DNA of 63,920 nucleotides, counting the filler, from Ministeria vibrans ATCC 50519 (taxonomy: Eukaryota; Protista; Filasterea), in the NCBI GenBank assembly GCA_943704425.1. It is 8 parts of 8 records of this genome, joined end to end, with 100 filler letters (N's around TTAATTAATTAA, not from the genome) between each part and the next. Parts side by side here need not be neighbours in the genome. Positions count along the whole stretch, not along the records: positions 1 to 8,960 come from CALSCP010001284.1; positions 9,061 to 18,004 come from CALSCP010002084.1; 6 more parts are not named here. One strand, 5' to 3'. Shown here in pieces: positions 1 to 12,633 of this stretch. Position numbers and translations under genes: made by a program. The notes under the pieces are model-generated. The model saw only the letters and a program-made list of their open reading frames with translations, did no database searches and was not told where the DNA came from. Each line of letters opens with the position of its first letter. Position 1 is the first letter of the stretch.

Positions 1-4
1 AAAG

Positions 5-36
<32 letters not shown>

Positions 37-71
37 ATGTTGATTCTCTTGTTCTTCTCTTTTGGTCACAG

Positions 72-970
72 GGAAAGCTCAAGAGAATTGTCTCGGTGAC
101 GCCCGGCACAATCCGAGTGCTGGATCCATCGTCGCTGCAGGCGTCGTATGTGTGGAGCGTCGCCGGCGATGTGGAGGCGGTGGCGCCGGTTGCAAGCGCC
201 AACGACGAATTCACCATCAGCGTTCGCGACGCCAAGAAGGCAGGCAAGACGAAGACGTTCGCGTTCAGCTGCCCGCATCGGGCGCGTTTGCTTGGGGCCA
301 TGCACACCGCCCTTGCGGCTGTTGCGAAGCAGACGCCACGCTTCTATGCGGCGTCATTGCTGCTGCAGGACGCACTCTCAGCCAAGGTCACCGAGAAGGA
401 CGTGCTCCTTGGCGTCACTGCGACCGCTCTCGAGGTCGTCGATCCCCGCACCGCCGAGACTATTCGTCGCTTCTTCTTTTCCGACTCTCTTCGCTGCTGC
501 ACCATTCAAGGAGACAAGCGAAAGGTGGATATTCCTACTCAATGACTTTTCCACTCACTCTCCTTACGTTTTGTTGTTCCTGTCTTCCTTGCTTTCCTCT
601 CTCAGTTTGTGCTGTTCAGTGAGAGCATGGCCGGTGAACTACCTCACGTGTACGCGTGCCACGAACGCAACGACTTGGTTTCGACCATGCTGAAGGAGAG
701 CCGTGCCCGACTGGGCGTCTCTGTCTCCCTGACTGACGAGCCCGTCACGGCTGCCGAGTACTTCCGTCAACGTGACGCCAACAAGCACGCCTTTGAAGAC
801 AGTCTGGCCACAGCCACGTCTGTGGCCGAGTTTGAAGTGACAAAGGTATTCATTTATATTATATTTTATTATTATTGTTATTATAATTATTATTCTTATT
901 ATTGTTATTATTATTGTTATTATTATTGTTATTATTATTATTATTATTATTATTGTTATTATTATTATTA

Positions 971-1002
<32 letters not shown>

Positions 1003-4000
1003 GTTATTATTACTACTGTCATTATTAAACTTTTTTGATTGTTTTCTTAGATTCTCTTTGACGACGGAGGACCCTCCCATCGAGTGCTGTGCATCACAAC
1101 GGAGAACCAACTGGTAGAACGACACCCATCAACATATGCTGCCGTGGGTGCGTGGGCTTTGGACGACGTCACTGCCATTGTGCGACACGCAACCGAGGCT
1201 CAAAAATTCTCCATTGAGTTCCACGGCTCTCTCGACTCGCTCACCTACACCTCGACAAGTCGCGATGCGCTCCTCTCTGTTCTGCTCGACTCGGTGCGCT
1301 CTGTCTCTGGCGGTGACATTGCTGTGCAGCCATCGCCGACCGACACCGGCTCGGGCCTGGACCCCGCCAGCAAAGACATTCGCATTCCGGCCAATGTCGA
1401 CGCCACTGCAGCCCCGCCCTTCCGCCTGCTCACTACCGCTTCCACTCAGTATGTTGATCTCTCTACGCTGCTCAAACAACTTCAAATGGTCGCGCGTGCT
1501 CGTGCGCGTGCTATTCGCGAACAGCGCGCGACCGACGCGCAAGCCATGGCGTCCGCATCCGCCGTCGCACATGTCGTTGGCGCATCCATGGCGCCAGCTG
1601 GTGGCCTCGCCCCGCGCGAACGCCTTGCTCTTGAGGGCGGCGACAACAGCGACACTCAGTCAGTGATGACTACCATGACCGAGGCGGACGCACTCGAGGA
1701 CGATGGCACCGACACGGTGTTGCACGCCGTCAGCGAGAAGACACTCTGGCTTCGCATGCGCGAGTTCAATGCCGTTGTACCCTACACGGGAGTGCCTGTG
1801 GACACCAAGGTGAAGGAGGATACCATCGAGGCACTCACGTCGATGTTGCCCAATGAGGCCGGCTCGTTGCCAACGGGCTCCGCTGCCGCCGACGCCATTG
1901 TTGTGCTTCAGGTGCTTCATCGTCTGATGAGCTGTCGTTCGGCGCGACTCGCCATGACTACCGTTCCCAACGCACTCGATCGTCTCTTTGCAGCACTCTC
2001 GTGCAACGACGACGGCGTTGCGGCCGAGTCGGCACGCGTTATCAAGCGCCTTCTGTGCAGCTATGGACCCGTGTCGCAGACGGCACAGTTTGACCGTCAG
2101 ATCAAAGACACCGTTTTAGGCGGCATTGGCGCGTCGTGGAACGCATCCATTCGCTCGCTCCAGTACCGCGAGTACATCACGAGTCGCATGTTGACCGGCG
2201 TCGCATCGCCTCTCCTGTCACAGGCTATCATCGATGTGCTCGATGTGCTCGTCTGTCCGCCCCACAGCATGGCCACGTCGGATGCGCTCTACTTCGACGT
2301 TCTCGGCTCCGTTGCCGAGATGGGTCGCGAACTCTTTCGTCTTTTTGGTCACAGTGCGCCTGGTGTGGTCACTTCCGTGGGCATCATCATGAAGACGGTC
2401 GCCGACGAGTGTCCCGACGCGGCACCTCCCATGCGCGACGCCGCTCTCGCCGAGGCGGCCGTGCTCCGCCACTTTTACCTTGCCTCCTTTTCACCTTCCG
2501 ACACGCAGCGACAGGTGTCGCAACAGCTCGTGTCCATCTGGGCGACGGGCCATGCGGCTACCATGGACATGCTTGCGCGTGCTCTTCCGCGCGGTCTTCT
2601 TGCCGAATTGGCGCCTCCCGATGCCGACGAACTTGCAGAGCGTGCCGAGAAGGAAGCGTACGAGCAGGAACTGGCCAAGGTGCGTGCGGATGCCCGCTCG
2701 CAATTGCTGCACGAGCAACGCATCGAACAGTACCGTGCGCAAGCTGAACGTCGCGCAAAACGACTCGCTGCTCGCGACGCTCTCATTGCAAGCGGCGCCA
2801 CTCTCACGTCGGAACAGCTCAAGGAGTACGCAGACACGGACGACGAGGCCGACGGCGACGATGACGACAACGGCAATGGCAACGACAAGAGCGCACCACC
2901 GGCTGTGCCCGAGCGCACCACGGCCACTAATAGAGCAGCCAAGGTTGCTGCTGCCGCTGATGGCGACAAAAATTTGCCGCCAGTCGATGAAATGCGCGCC
3001 CTCGCAGATGCCACTGGACGATCGTACCGCGACGAATCGCCGTCGCTGAACAAGATTGTGGATCGCGCCAAGGATCTGGCGGCAGACGCGAGCGACAAAG
3101 CGCGTCAAATGGCCGGTGAGGCAGCACAGGTGAGCCGCGAAGCGCTCGAAAAGAGTATGCGTGCGGCCGAACAACTGGGTGCCAAGGTGCAAAAGCAGGC
3201 ACTTGCTGCCAAGGAACGCGTGCGCGAGCGTCTCAATAAGGTGTCGGCGCGCGTCGCCCATGTGAACGCTAACCTGTGGCGCCGTCTCCTGGACAGCGCC
3301 GACAAATACGTGATTCGACGCGAACGACCGCGCACGGCCGCTGAGCATGCCGCTAACTGGCAGGCACTCTTTGAACGATTGCACGAGGACCATCGCAACG
3401 CGCGCCTCATTTGGAATGAGCGCACACGCGTGGAACTGCGTGAGTCGCTCGAGACCGAACTTGACATGTGGGATCAGGAGCAGCTGCGCCGCGGCTCGCA
3501 ACGCATCTCGTGGAACCACGCGGAGTTTCGCGTCGACTTTCCCTCTCTTGCACGCGAAGTGGTCGTCGGCGATCTCTATTTGCGTCTGCTGCTGGACAAC
3601 ACGGCGACGGGGCCGGGGGGCAAGGAGACTGCGCCCGTCAAAGTGCGTCCGCGCGCTGCCCCACGCTTCTTCAACGAACTCTACCATCGACTGTATGTCG
3701 AAGACGACCCGGACACGCGACGCCTGTGTGTGCGTGGCATGGCCATCATGTACGAGCGCTACTCTGACGTCATTGGCTTTTTCTTTGGCACGACCCACGT
3801 GACGCGTTTGTGCGACGCCACGCAAGACACAACGTTGCGTCACGCCCTCTTGCTGCTGCTCAAGCGTCTGTTGGTGCGCGAGGACAACGCGGCGCTCTTC
3901 ATGGACGCCGCTGGTATCAATCTACTGTGCGATCTGCTGAGCACCGCCCACGAGAACACCGACCGGGTGCAGCGTCCCATCGAGGCGGACAATATGCTGA

Positions 4001-7000
4001 CGAGCACGGCGGACGCCGAGTATCGCATTCGATGCTGGTATTATGTGGATGCCGAGGGCGAGTCGCGTGGTCCCGTCAGCAAGAGCGAACTGCGCGATGC
4101 CTTCCAGCGCTCGGCAATCTCGGTGCACACTGCCTGTTGGGTTCAAGATGCGAACACGGTGGGCGACGGAGCCGACGCGGCACGTGCGCTCATTGAGTAT
4201 CGCGAGTTGCGATGGTCTGTCGCCTCCTTTGGTCGTCCCGTCCTCACGTATGCTCAACTGGGACTCGTCATCATGGGCATGCTTAGTGCGCTCTGTCGTC
4301 TGCGTGCCACAGTTGACCAGCACGGCGATCCCATCCGACCGGTGCCGCGTGCACAACGACTGCTGACCGCCCGCTCCTGCATTGGCAAAATTGCACAGAC
4401 GCTGCTCACCAACGACCCGCTGCTCACAGGCGCCGCCTGCAATTTGCTGCTGCTCTGTGCTCAGAACAACGATGCGGTCATGAGCAAGCTGTACACGACG
4501 GGCGTGTTCTTCTTTGCGCTTACCTACGGCGGCGGCGACTTCATTCCCGTGGCGCGACTGCTCAAGGAAACGCACACAAAGCAACATTTTTATGGCTTTG
4601 AAGCGCTCGCTGCCGGCGAGGCGCCCCTCTCCCAACGATCCGTGCTTGGCACGATTTTGCCCCACTCGCTGCTGTATGCACTCGAGTCGAGCAGCTACTC
4701 GGATTTTGCCCGTTTGTTCACAGGCAATACGGACAATCCCGAGGTGATTTGGCACGACAAGATGCGCGGGCGCCTCATCGCACAGTTGTTTACACACCTG
4801 GGCGACTTCCCACGACTGTTACCCGAGCAAAACCTGCTTGTCTTCGACTATGTTCCCATGCCGTCGCTTTCGTATCCCGAGCTCAAGGACGAGCTTTGGT
4901 GCCACCGCTACTACCTCAAGAACCTGTGCAACGAGATTAGCTTCCCCAACTGGCCCGTGGTCGACTTGCTCGAAACAATGCAGGCGATCCTGACCATTTG
5001 GAAGGCTGAGGAAGACGCCGCTGCGCCCGCCCAGATCACCTTTGACGAAGCCTGCGAAATTCTTGGTGTTGCCCGTGGTACCGACGAATCGACGCTCAAG
5101 AAGGCGTACCGCAAGAAGGCGCTCAAGTTTCACCCGGACAAGAACCCCGACGGTGGTCCCATGTTCCAGAAGATTACGCTCGCCTACGAGTTATTGCAGG
5201 CCGACAATGAGGGTATTGCCCAAAAAAGTGGTCATCGTCTGACGTTGATACTGCAAGCGCAAAACATTCTGTACAAACGCTTCACGCGCAACCTATCGCC
5301 TTTCAAATATGCCGGCTATCCTCTGCTGCTTGATCTTATTATGCAGGATGCGTCGCTTGCCAACGATCGCGGTCCGCTCTTCCTTGCCGGCACCGAGCTC
5401 ATGTACCACACGTGCGTGTCGTCGTCGCTCAATGGCGACGAACTGTGCCGCCAGCAGGGTGTCACTGTGTGCTCGCGTCTGCTGGAGCGCGCCCTCGGCG
5501 ACATTGGCGAGGGTCTCACGCCCGACACTACCGCCGCCAAGGTAGCCACACACCTGTGCATGACCTACGCTGGTCTTGCCGCACTCGAGTCTGGCCGCAA
5601 TGCCTTTCGTGTCAAAACGGATGCAATCGAACAGGTCAGCGACCAAAAAGAAAAATATATATAAGATTATATTAGTGTTCATTTTCTCCTTTTCATTCTT
5701 TTTTTTTTTTTTTTGTAGGTGCTTCGATGTGTACGGCTCGACGGTATTCCGCGTCTGGTTGATGCGGCCTTGCGCTGTGTGCGCAATTTGGCCGAGGATG
5801 ACGGGCTACGGGATGTGCTTGTGCAGCAGGGTGCGCTGTGGCACCTGGTACCACTGCTGTTGCGTTACGACCATACTGCACAGGGTGATTTGGTCAAGGA
5901 ACGATTCACCAATGTGCAAAAAAGTCGCAACTACCAGGCAATTCTGGCGGCAAACGGACTGCGACGACTCTCACCGAACACCTGTGCGAATATGGCGGGA
6001 CGAGCTGTGCTTACGCATCACCTATGGTCGCAGCTGGTTACGGGTACGGACGAAGCGGTGGGCGAACGTGTTTTGGTGCATCTCAACGGCACCATTGAGC
6101 AGCCATTGCTCATTTGGAACACGGACACGCGCGCGGAGCTTGCGACGCTTGTTGACTCGCAGTTTACGGAGCGACGCCAGACGGGTCGCTTTGATCCGCG
6201 CGCCGGTCACCAATTTGAGTACAAGGCACACAAGCGCGAACTCGTCGTTGGGGGTGTGTTTATCCGCGTGTACAATGTCAAGGGCGGCGGTGATGTGGGC
6301 GATCAGGCTCTCTTCTGCAAGGCACTGTCGGCCTTTATCAAGAACGCCAATGGTCTCGGCGAGGATGGCACCATTCCCGATGCGACAGCAGTCGTGGCGC
6401 CTCTTCAGCCGCTGGCGATGGCTGCTGCAGCGAGTTCGGCTGCGTCGGACACATCCATGGCGCAGCCGCCACTGCTGCCCACGGCCGCCTCTCCCGCGCC
6501 TGCTTCGTCGAAGGCTGCAGTTGAAGCCCAGCCGGTACTGGTGAGTGCTGTGGATCCCTTTGATGGTCTCTTTGGTGGCATTCCCACCTCAACTGCCGTG
6601 CCGAAGGCGGCGCCCGGAAGTGGTTATCAGCCACCTATGTTTGATCTGCTCGGCGACTTTGGTGGAGGCGGTAGTTTGTCGTCGTCAGCTGTCCCACCTC
6701 GTTCTGCTCCCACGCCCTCCTCCAACGCCCCCGCTCTTCTTGATCTCATGAGCCTCGATATGAGCAGCTCGAGTGCGACCACTACCACGCCGACGACATC
6801 GGCTGCCGTGATGGTTCCTACGTCGACTCTTGGAGGGTCCGCCGTCACTGCTGACAGCTCTGCTGCAGCACCTACTGCGACGTCGACGACGACGCCCACT
6901 AGCGTTGCGAAGAGAGCTCCTGGCAAGTTTGAGCAGAAGGGTGATGCGGGCAGTCTGTGTGCGGTGTGTCAGGCTCTGGCGCGTCTCATCACGACGCACA

Positions 7001-8928
7001 CGGTCGAGTCTGAGTCGGAGACGGAAGACAGTGCCGTCAACTGTGGTGACGTGCTTGCCGAAGACCAAGGCATCCCCGGCGTGTTTGCCTGTCTTGCTTG
7101 GCCGCTGCGCTCTCGAGTGCCTGCCGCAGCTCTCAAGGTGGTCACTCACCTGACGTCCTCGGGCGTGTGCACGCGTGCCATTGCGGAGAGCGTTGTGTCG
7201 CTTGTGCAGCTCATCCGAATGCTCTTCGTGTGTGGCGACGCCGAGCTCGGTGAAGTCCTGGATGCAGTGCAGGTGTTGGCATCAAACCCATTCATTACAT
7301 GGGAGGCGGCGTCGCGTGGCGGTGCCCTCTACTTGCTTTCGCGTGTCATGGACTGTGCTGATGCGTCGAGTGCGACCCCCGAAGCATCGCGCATCCAGGC
7401 GGCCAAGACCCTCGCCAAGATGGCGGGCGATCGCACGCACGGCCCCAAGGTGGCCATTGTGTTGAGTAAGTTTCTTCCGGCCGGTCTCGTTGGTGCTCTA
7501 CGTGAGACTCCTGCCTCCATGGTCACTGTGCTTCGCAGCAAGAGCAACACTCCCGAGCTTATTTGGAATGGCGTACGATTCAATATGAGAACATTATTGA
7601 GAGATAGAGGAAAAATTGTGACGGGCAAAGTGAGAGAGAAGCAGAGAAAAACTGACGGAGATAGTTTTTTGATTATTATTATTAATATTACTGATAATAG
7701 TGATACTAGTAATGATAATAATACTCATAATCATCATAATAATTATAATAATAATAAGAGTATTATTAATAATAGTTTGTCTGTCTCTCTGTTATTTTTA
7801 TTATTATTATTATTAGTATTAATTTTATTTTATTTTTATTTAATTCTTCAATGTTTTGGATTGGGTTTGTGTAGGAGATGTTAAAGGAAGTCACGAATGC
7901 CGTACGATCGGCATCGGCAACCTTTTACCAACAGCAAACGCACAATATGCTTGCGGTGTGGACCATTCCTGAGAGGTCACAGGTGCGTGGAGCGGCCGGA
8001 AGTGCGGGCGGCGCAGACGGAGGGTTGATGGTCGCTGGGTATACACACGATTGTTGCGATTTATCGTCTTCACACTTTGGTTGAGTAGGGTGTATGTGGA
8101 GCTGTTCCTGAAGGAGCCCAAGCATCCGCTGCGGAATCCCAAGAAGTTCTTGGAGGGATTGCTGGAGACGTTTACGGAAGAGGCCATTCAGGGCGGAGAC
8201 GAGTCCAAGCTGGGACTGCTGCAGAGCGCACTGGTGAGTGGTGGAAAGCTCGTGTAGAATATGATCATTTTTCAAATAATACTCATTAATTTTATTTGTA
8301 CGCGCCCAGGTGGCTCTGCTGAGGATAAGCCCGCAGCAGTGCGACCATGTCAATACCCTCGGCTACCCTGGCAGGTATCAATTTTGACGCGCGCGAGCGC
8401 TGCATCGTATTGACGCACACCCTTTTGTGTTTCAGGTTCATCCAGACGCTCAAGGACGGTGATCCACTTGATTCGTCGCGTGCAACGGTAATTCAGGTGT
8501 GTCGTGTATGTGCGCCTCGACGTAGCTGCGCCGAGACGTTCAGTACGACTGCTGGCACAGTCCAAACGGTAGGACTTAACGAATTGACTGTTTTGTCTGA
8601 CTGATTGTTGACGTGTGTTGCATCAGCTGGTACGAATGGCACGTGCTGCGACGGAAGTGTCGGAGGAGCAGCGCAGACGCAATGGAGCACGTATTGACCA
8701 GATTAGTGACGCAGCGATGGGTAAACTCAAAACATCACGACGCATTGTTTTATGTGGCTCTCATTGGCTGTTTTATATTGGTATACAGATACACTGCGAA
8801 TGCTAGCGGATGCAAGCAACAACGGGTCAATTGATGCGCTGTGTATGCAGACGGTGCGCAGTGGGTGTGTGCAACAGCTGCTTGATATGCTGGATCCATC
8901 CAAGTCAGCCACACTGGGCTTGGCAAAG
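72..8928 (+). CDS. DNAJC13: RME-8/DNAJC13 endosomal J-domain protein (multi-exon, partial at both ends)
   Basis: IWN-type repeats (LIWNERTR, VIWHDKMR, LIWNTDTR, LIWNG), GYF_2-like WYYVDAEGESRGPVS, ELWCHRYYLKNLC, and a J-domain LKKAYRKKALKFHPDKNPDG followed by PFKYAGYP. Approximate GT-AG exons: 72-525, 606-845, 1051-5633, 5719-7572, 7875-8038, 8089-8232, 8309-8374, 8436-8569, 8627-8720, 8789-8928. Confidence 0.95.
862..1026. repeat. Intronic (TAT/TGT)n microsatellite
   Basis: Seen directly. Similar AAT-type tracts occur at about 15525-15710, 27320-27490 and 47221-47463. Confidence 0.95.
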
Positions 8929-9004
8929 GTACGTACACTGCAATGATGTTTTTTTTTTTTNNNNNNNNNNNNNNNNNNNNNNNNNNNNNNNNNNNNNNNN
9001 NNNN

Positions 9005-9016
9005 TTAATTAATTAA
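9005..9016. other. Artificial scaffold-joining linker TTAATTAATTAA (also 18049-18060, 40018-40029, 47165-47176, 57691-57702, 60501-60512, 61795-61806)
   Basis: Identical palindromic 12-mer with stops in all six frames, each time flanked by N runs. Confidence 0.97.
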
Positions 9017-9060
9017 NNNNNNNNNNNNNNNNNNNNNNNNNNNNNNNNNNNNNNNNNNNN

Positions 9061-12000
9061 TTTTTTTTCTGATCTCTGTTGTGCAAAATTGAACGCAAAC
9101 GCATTTGTCGCCTCTCTGCAGCCCTCGTCGTTCTTCTCCAAGTCTGAACCCTTAGAAGTTGGCACCACATTGCTGGCATGGTACCAAATCAAAGATTCGG
9201 TTGAAGTTATTGCCCGGTATGTGCAGAGAAAGAGAGAGAGAGTGTGTGTGTGTGTGTGTGTGTGTGCGACAGTGTGACCCTATTTTTTTCAACTGCCTAG
9301 AACACACGATGTGGTTGTCGAAGAGCTCCTTGCGCGCATTCGAAAACCTCTGGTGGAGTTTACGACCCAATACGACGACAAGAGTCGCAAGGTAGTCGCT
9401 TGTGTACTCGTTAGCGCGAAGGAGCAGTGTACTAAACTCGCATGTTGAAGCTCATTGCCAATGGGGAGTCATTGCAGCAAGCCATGGACTACATGCTGCA
9501 GCGGATGAAGACCTTGTACATCACTCTTTTGTGCATTTTATTGAGATGGTTCTAACAGAATGGTGGCTTTGTAGACATCGCAAGTACCTGCGAGAGTGCG
9601 AGCGTGTCTTTACCCTAACCCAACAATTCAAATCGAAATCGGCGGCAAATGCCGAAACACCCGACTGCAAAGCGGTAAGAACGTGTGTTTTTAATATATC
9701 TGAAGAATGACACTAACGTGGTGTGTGTGTGTAGCTTTTGGAGCGGCTGATCAAAGCAAAAGAGACACGAGACAGCGTGCAAACGGACTATGTTGACACG
9801 GTGGAGGCGTGTCGCAAGGCGCAGTCGAATCTGCACTTTGATGCGATGCCACGTTTGCTGAACATGATGGAATTGGTGGAACGCGAACGTGTTGCGTTTC
9901 TCAAGGACCTGCTGAGCCAGCTTGTGTCGACGATGGGCACAGTGGCGCCAGCTGTGAGCGAGTGTGTCATGAGCATGTGTGAGGGAATACATCGAATGAG
10001 TGCCGATGCGGACATTGCGGCGTTTACTGTGCCACACTTGGCGCACAGTGGCAGTTATGAGCCGCCGCGATACGAGCCGGCGCCGCAAGGTCAGGAAGGT
10101 GCAGGTGAGGACATTGATCGGTTTGGAAACTACGTGCCGGGCCGAGCGCCGAGTGCTCTTGCGCGTCGTGCTGCGACACTGGCGAGTCCTGCGCCGCCCT
10201 TGCGGTCGTTTACGGATGTGCTGGATCGCGACAAGGAGAAAAAGGAGGAGGAGGAGAAGGAGGAGGTGACAAAGGCAAAGGGTCACGATATGACGAGGGT
10301 GTATCAGGAGCGAATGGCGGAGGAGGTGAGCAAGGAGGAGTATGTTGTGGTTGGAGGGGCGAATTCCTTCGAGACGGAGTGGGAGGATGAAGAGGACGGG
10401 GCTGCCAAGGCACAAGAGCGACGACTAGGGAGCACCATCAGCAGCTCTAGTGAACGCAACAGTACGACCCCGACACTCTCGAAGGCGACGGCAGCTGCCG
10501 TCCCTGCCAAGGTCACTGCTGGTAGCAACGGCGTCGACACCCTTATTGCAGCCAGTGCCACAGCAGCAGCAGCAACAACACCAACGTCAACAACAGCGAC
10601 GAGTGTCATCCCTACGACAACTGCTGCTGCTTCGACGTCTGCTGTGTTCCCGACGAGTACTGTGGCTCCGACAAGTGGCGTTGCTCCGACAAGTACTGTG
10701 GTTCCCTTGACTGATCATGCTCTGTCAACCCGCAACGCATCTCCCACCGCTGCTGCTGCTGCGCCTCCTGCTGACTCGTGGGATATATTTGGGGAAGAAG
10801 ACAGTTGCTTTGAGAACACGAAAGGACTTCCGTCGACGGTTGTTGTTGCCGCAGCTGCGCCCTCAGTCCGTTCTGTGACCACCGCAGTACGTGAGAACAT
10901 TGCAGTGTCGCCGTTGGGTGACTCGGGGCCGTCAGAGCAGACATTCTCGTTTGACTCTGACCATGAAGAAGAGAAAGAAGGGGAGACAGTGAAGCAGGTG
11001 AATGTGAAGCAGGCGAATGTGAAGCAGGTGAATGTGAAGCAGGAAAATGTGAAGCAGGAAAATGTGAAGAAGACAGAACAGAAAGAGGTGGAAAAGCCAA
11101 GGGTGAGTGCAGTTCCTCCGGCAAGTGCGGTTCCCATTGCTGAAGAGGACATTTTCAAGTCCGACTCTGATGACGACATCTTCTCTGTATCACAAGCCTC
11201 GCGCAAGGGCAGCACCACCACCAAAACAAGTACCACAACAACACGCGTCAAACCCGCCACGGCAAAAGCAGAAGACGTCGCTGTCACACCAGAGCACTCT
11301 GAGCCCCTTTTCCCTCCCCCTCCCTCCCCGTCTCCTTCGCCAACAACCACCGTTATCACTACTACTTCTTCCTCTTCCCTTACCACCCTCTTTGCTCCCG
11401 TTGATTCTGCCGCTCTCCGCTCAGCACACTCTGAGTTTCCCACTGCACTCGATCCGCCCGTCGACGCTCTCATTGATCGGGCCATTGACAATGACTATTA
11501 TGGTATTTTGGGCTTCTCTTGTGAGCGTCTGCGCGACCCCGAACCCATTTCAATGGCTGAAATTGCCCGCAAGAGACGCGACGCAATGCAGTTGCTCCAT
11601 CCAGACCGATTTGAAGGTGCGAAGATTACTCACATTTGAACTCACAATCAATTCACATTCTTTTGAACGCGCTCAGGTTTAAGAACTCACTCACTTGCTC
11701 TATTTTTACTCTTTCTCTCACACCCACTTCTACACTCACTTTCTTGTTTAAGACCTCGCTCACTTGCTCTATTTTTACTCTTTCTCTCACTCACTTCTAC
11801 ACTCACTTTCTTTCTCTCTTGCTCACTTACCCCTCGTTCTGTGCTCTCGTTCTTGTCTGTTGTGCCGACAGGGAATGCGGCGGTGCAAGATCAGGTGACC
11901 CGTCGGCTCAGTCTTGTCAATGAGGTTTTTTCGACTGTCTTTCGCAAAGACCGCACTCGCTCGCTCTACGATCGGGTGAGTTTCCCCATTATGACTCACT

Positions 12001-12354
12001 GACTTTTGATTACTGTCTCCCCAAACCCCACCCTCTCCCTCTCAACCCTCACTTTCTCTCTTTCGTTGCTTTGTCCATGAATAATAATAATAATTAAATA
12101 ATAATGATTCTCTATTTATTTTATTTTCTTTAATACTAATATTCTAGATTTGCACTGCTCGACTGCGCTACTCACGGATGGTACATGAGCCAGCGGGACG
12201 TGTGCACTTGCTTATGCGCGAACTGCAAGAGCTACGCACAACCACGAAACGCCAAAGACTGCCCATTGCACTACTCGAAGAACTTGATGCGGCCCTTGCG
12301 TTGCTCAAGGAGCGACGTAGTGATGTTATCGAGGCACACGAGACGGACACCTAA
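9061..12354 (+). CDS. F-BAR-like protein with long low-complexity linker and C-terminal DnaJ domain (5' partial, multi-exon)
   Basis: F-BAR C-terminal helix pattern DYVDTVEACRKAQSNLHFDAMPRLLNMMELVERERVAFLKDLL...SADADIAAF. J-domain NDYYGILG...LLHPDRFEG continues after introns (about 11618-11871 and 11976-12147) as RLSLVNEVFSTVFRKDRTRSLYDR. Stop TAA at 12352-12354. Confidence 0.75.
10989..11068 (+). repeat. Coding 15-bp tandem repeat (VKQxN, about 5 copies)
   Basis: GTGAAGCAGG(T/C/A)(G/A)AAT units seen directly. Confidence 0.9.
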
Positions 12355-12476
12355 GACCCATTCATTAAAATTTACAGCCTTCTGTATTAATTAGTAACAT
12401 TTCCTTTGTGATTGACATTTCAGTGTTGACTCAATGTTCCAGTGATCCAGTCACTTCCAGTTTTATTTCAATCAGA

Positions 12477-12593
12477 ATGTCTGCCGACAGCTCAAGCTTG
12501 CCATCAGCATCATCGCTCTCGTTGGGAGATGCGTCGATGTTTGATAGTAATGCCAGCAACAGTCACTATCGCTTGGCTTTTCGGTTCGTGTCA

Positions 12594-12633
<40 letters not shown>

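Noticed and set aside
639-1125. Poly-I, poly-N, poly-L and poly-Y ORFs (also 15432-15741)
   Set aside because: These are translations of intronic trinucleotide microsatellites.
2475-4797. Long antisense ORFs over RME-8 (likewise over the myosin, kinase and EGF genes)
   Set aside because: They are shadows of GC-rich codon usage and contain no motifs.
9005-9016. Recurrent TTAATTAATTAA palindrome as a biological element
   Set aside because: It always lies inside N runs and encodes stops in six frames, so it is an artificial concatenation linker.
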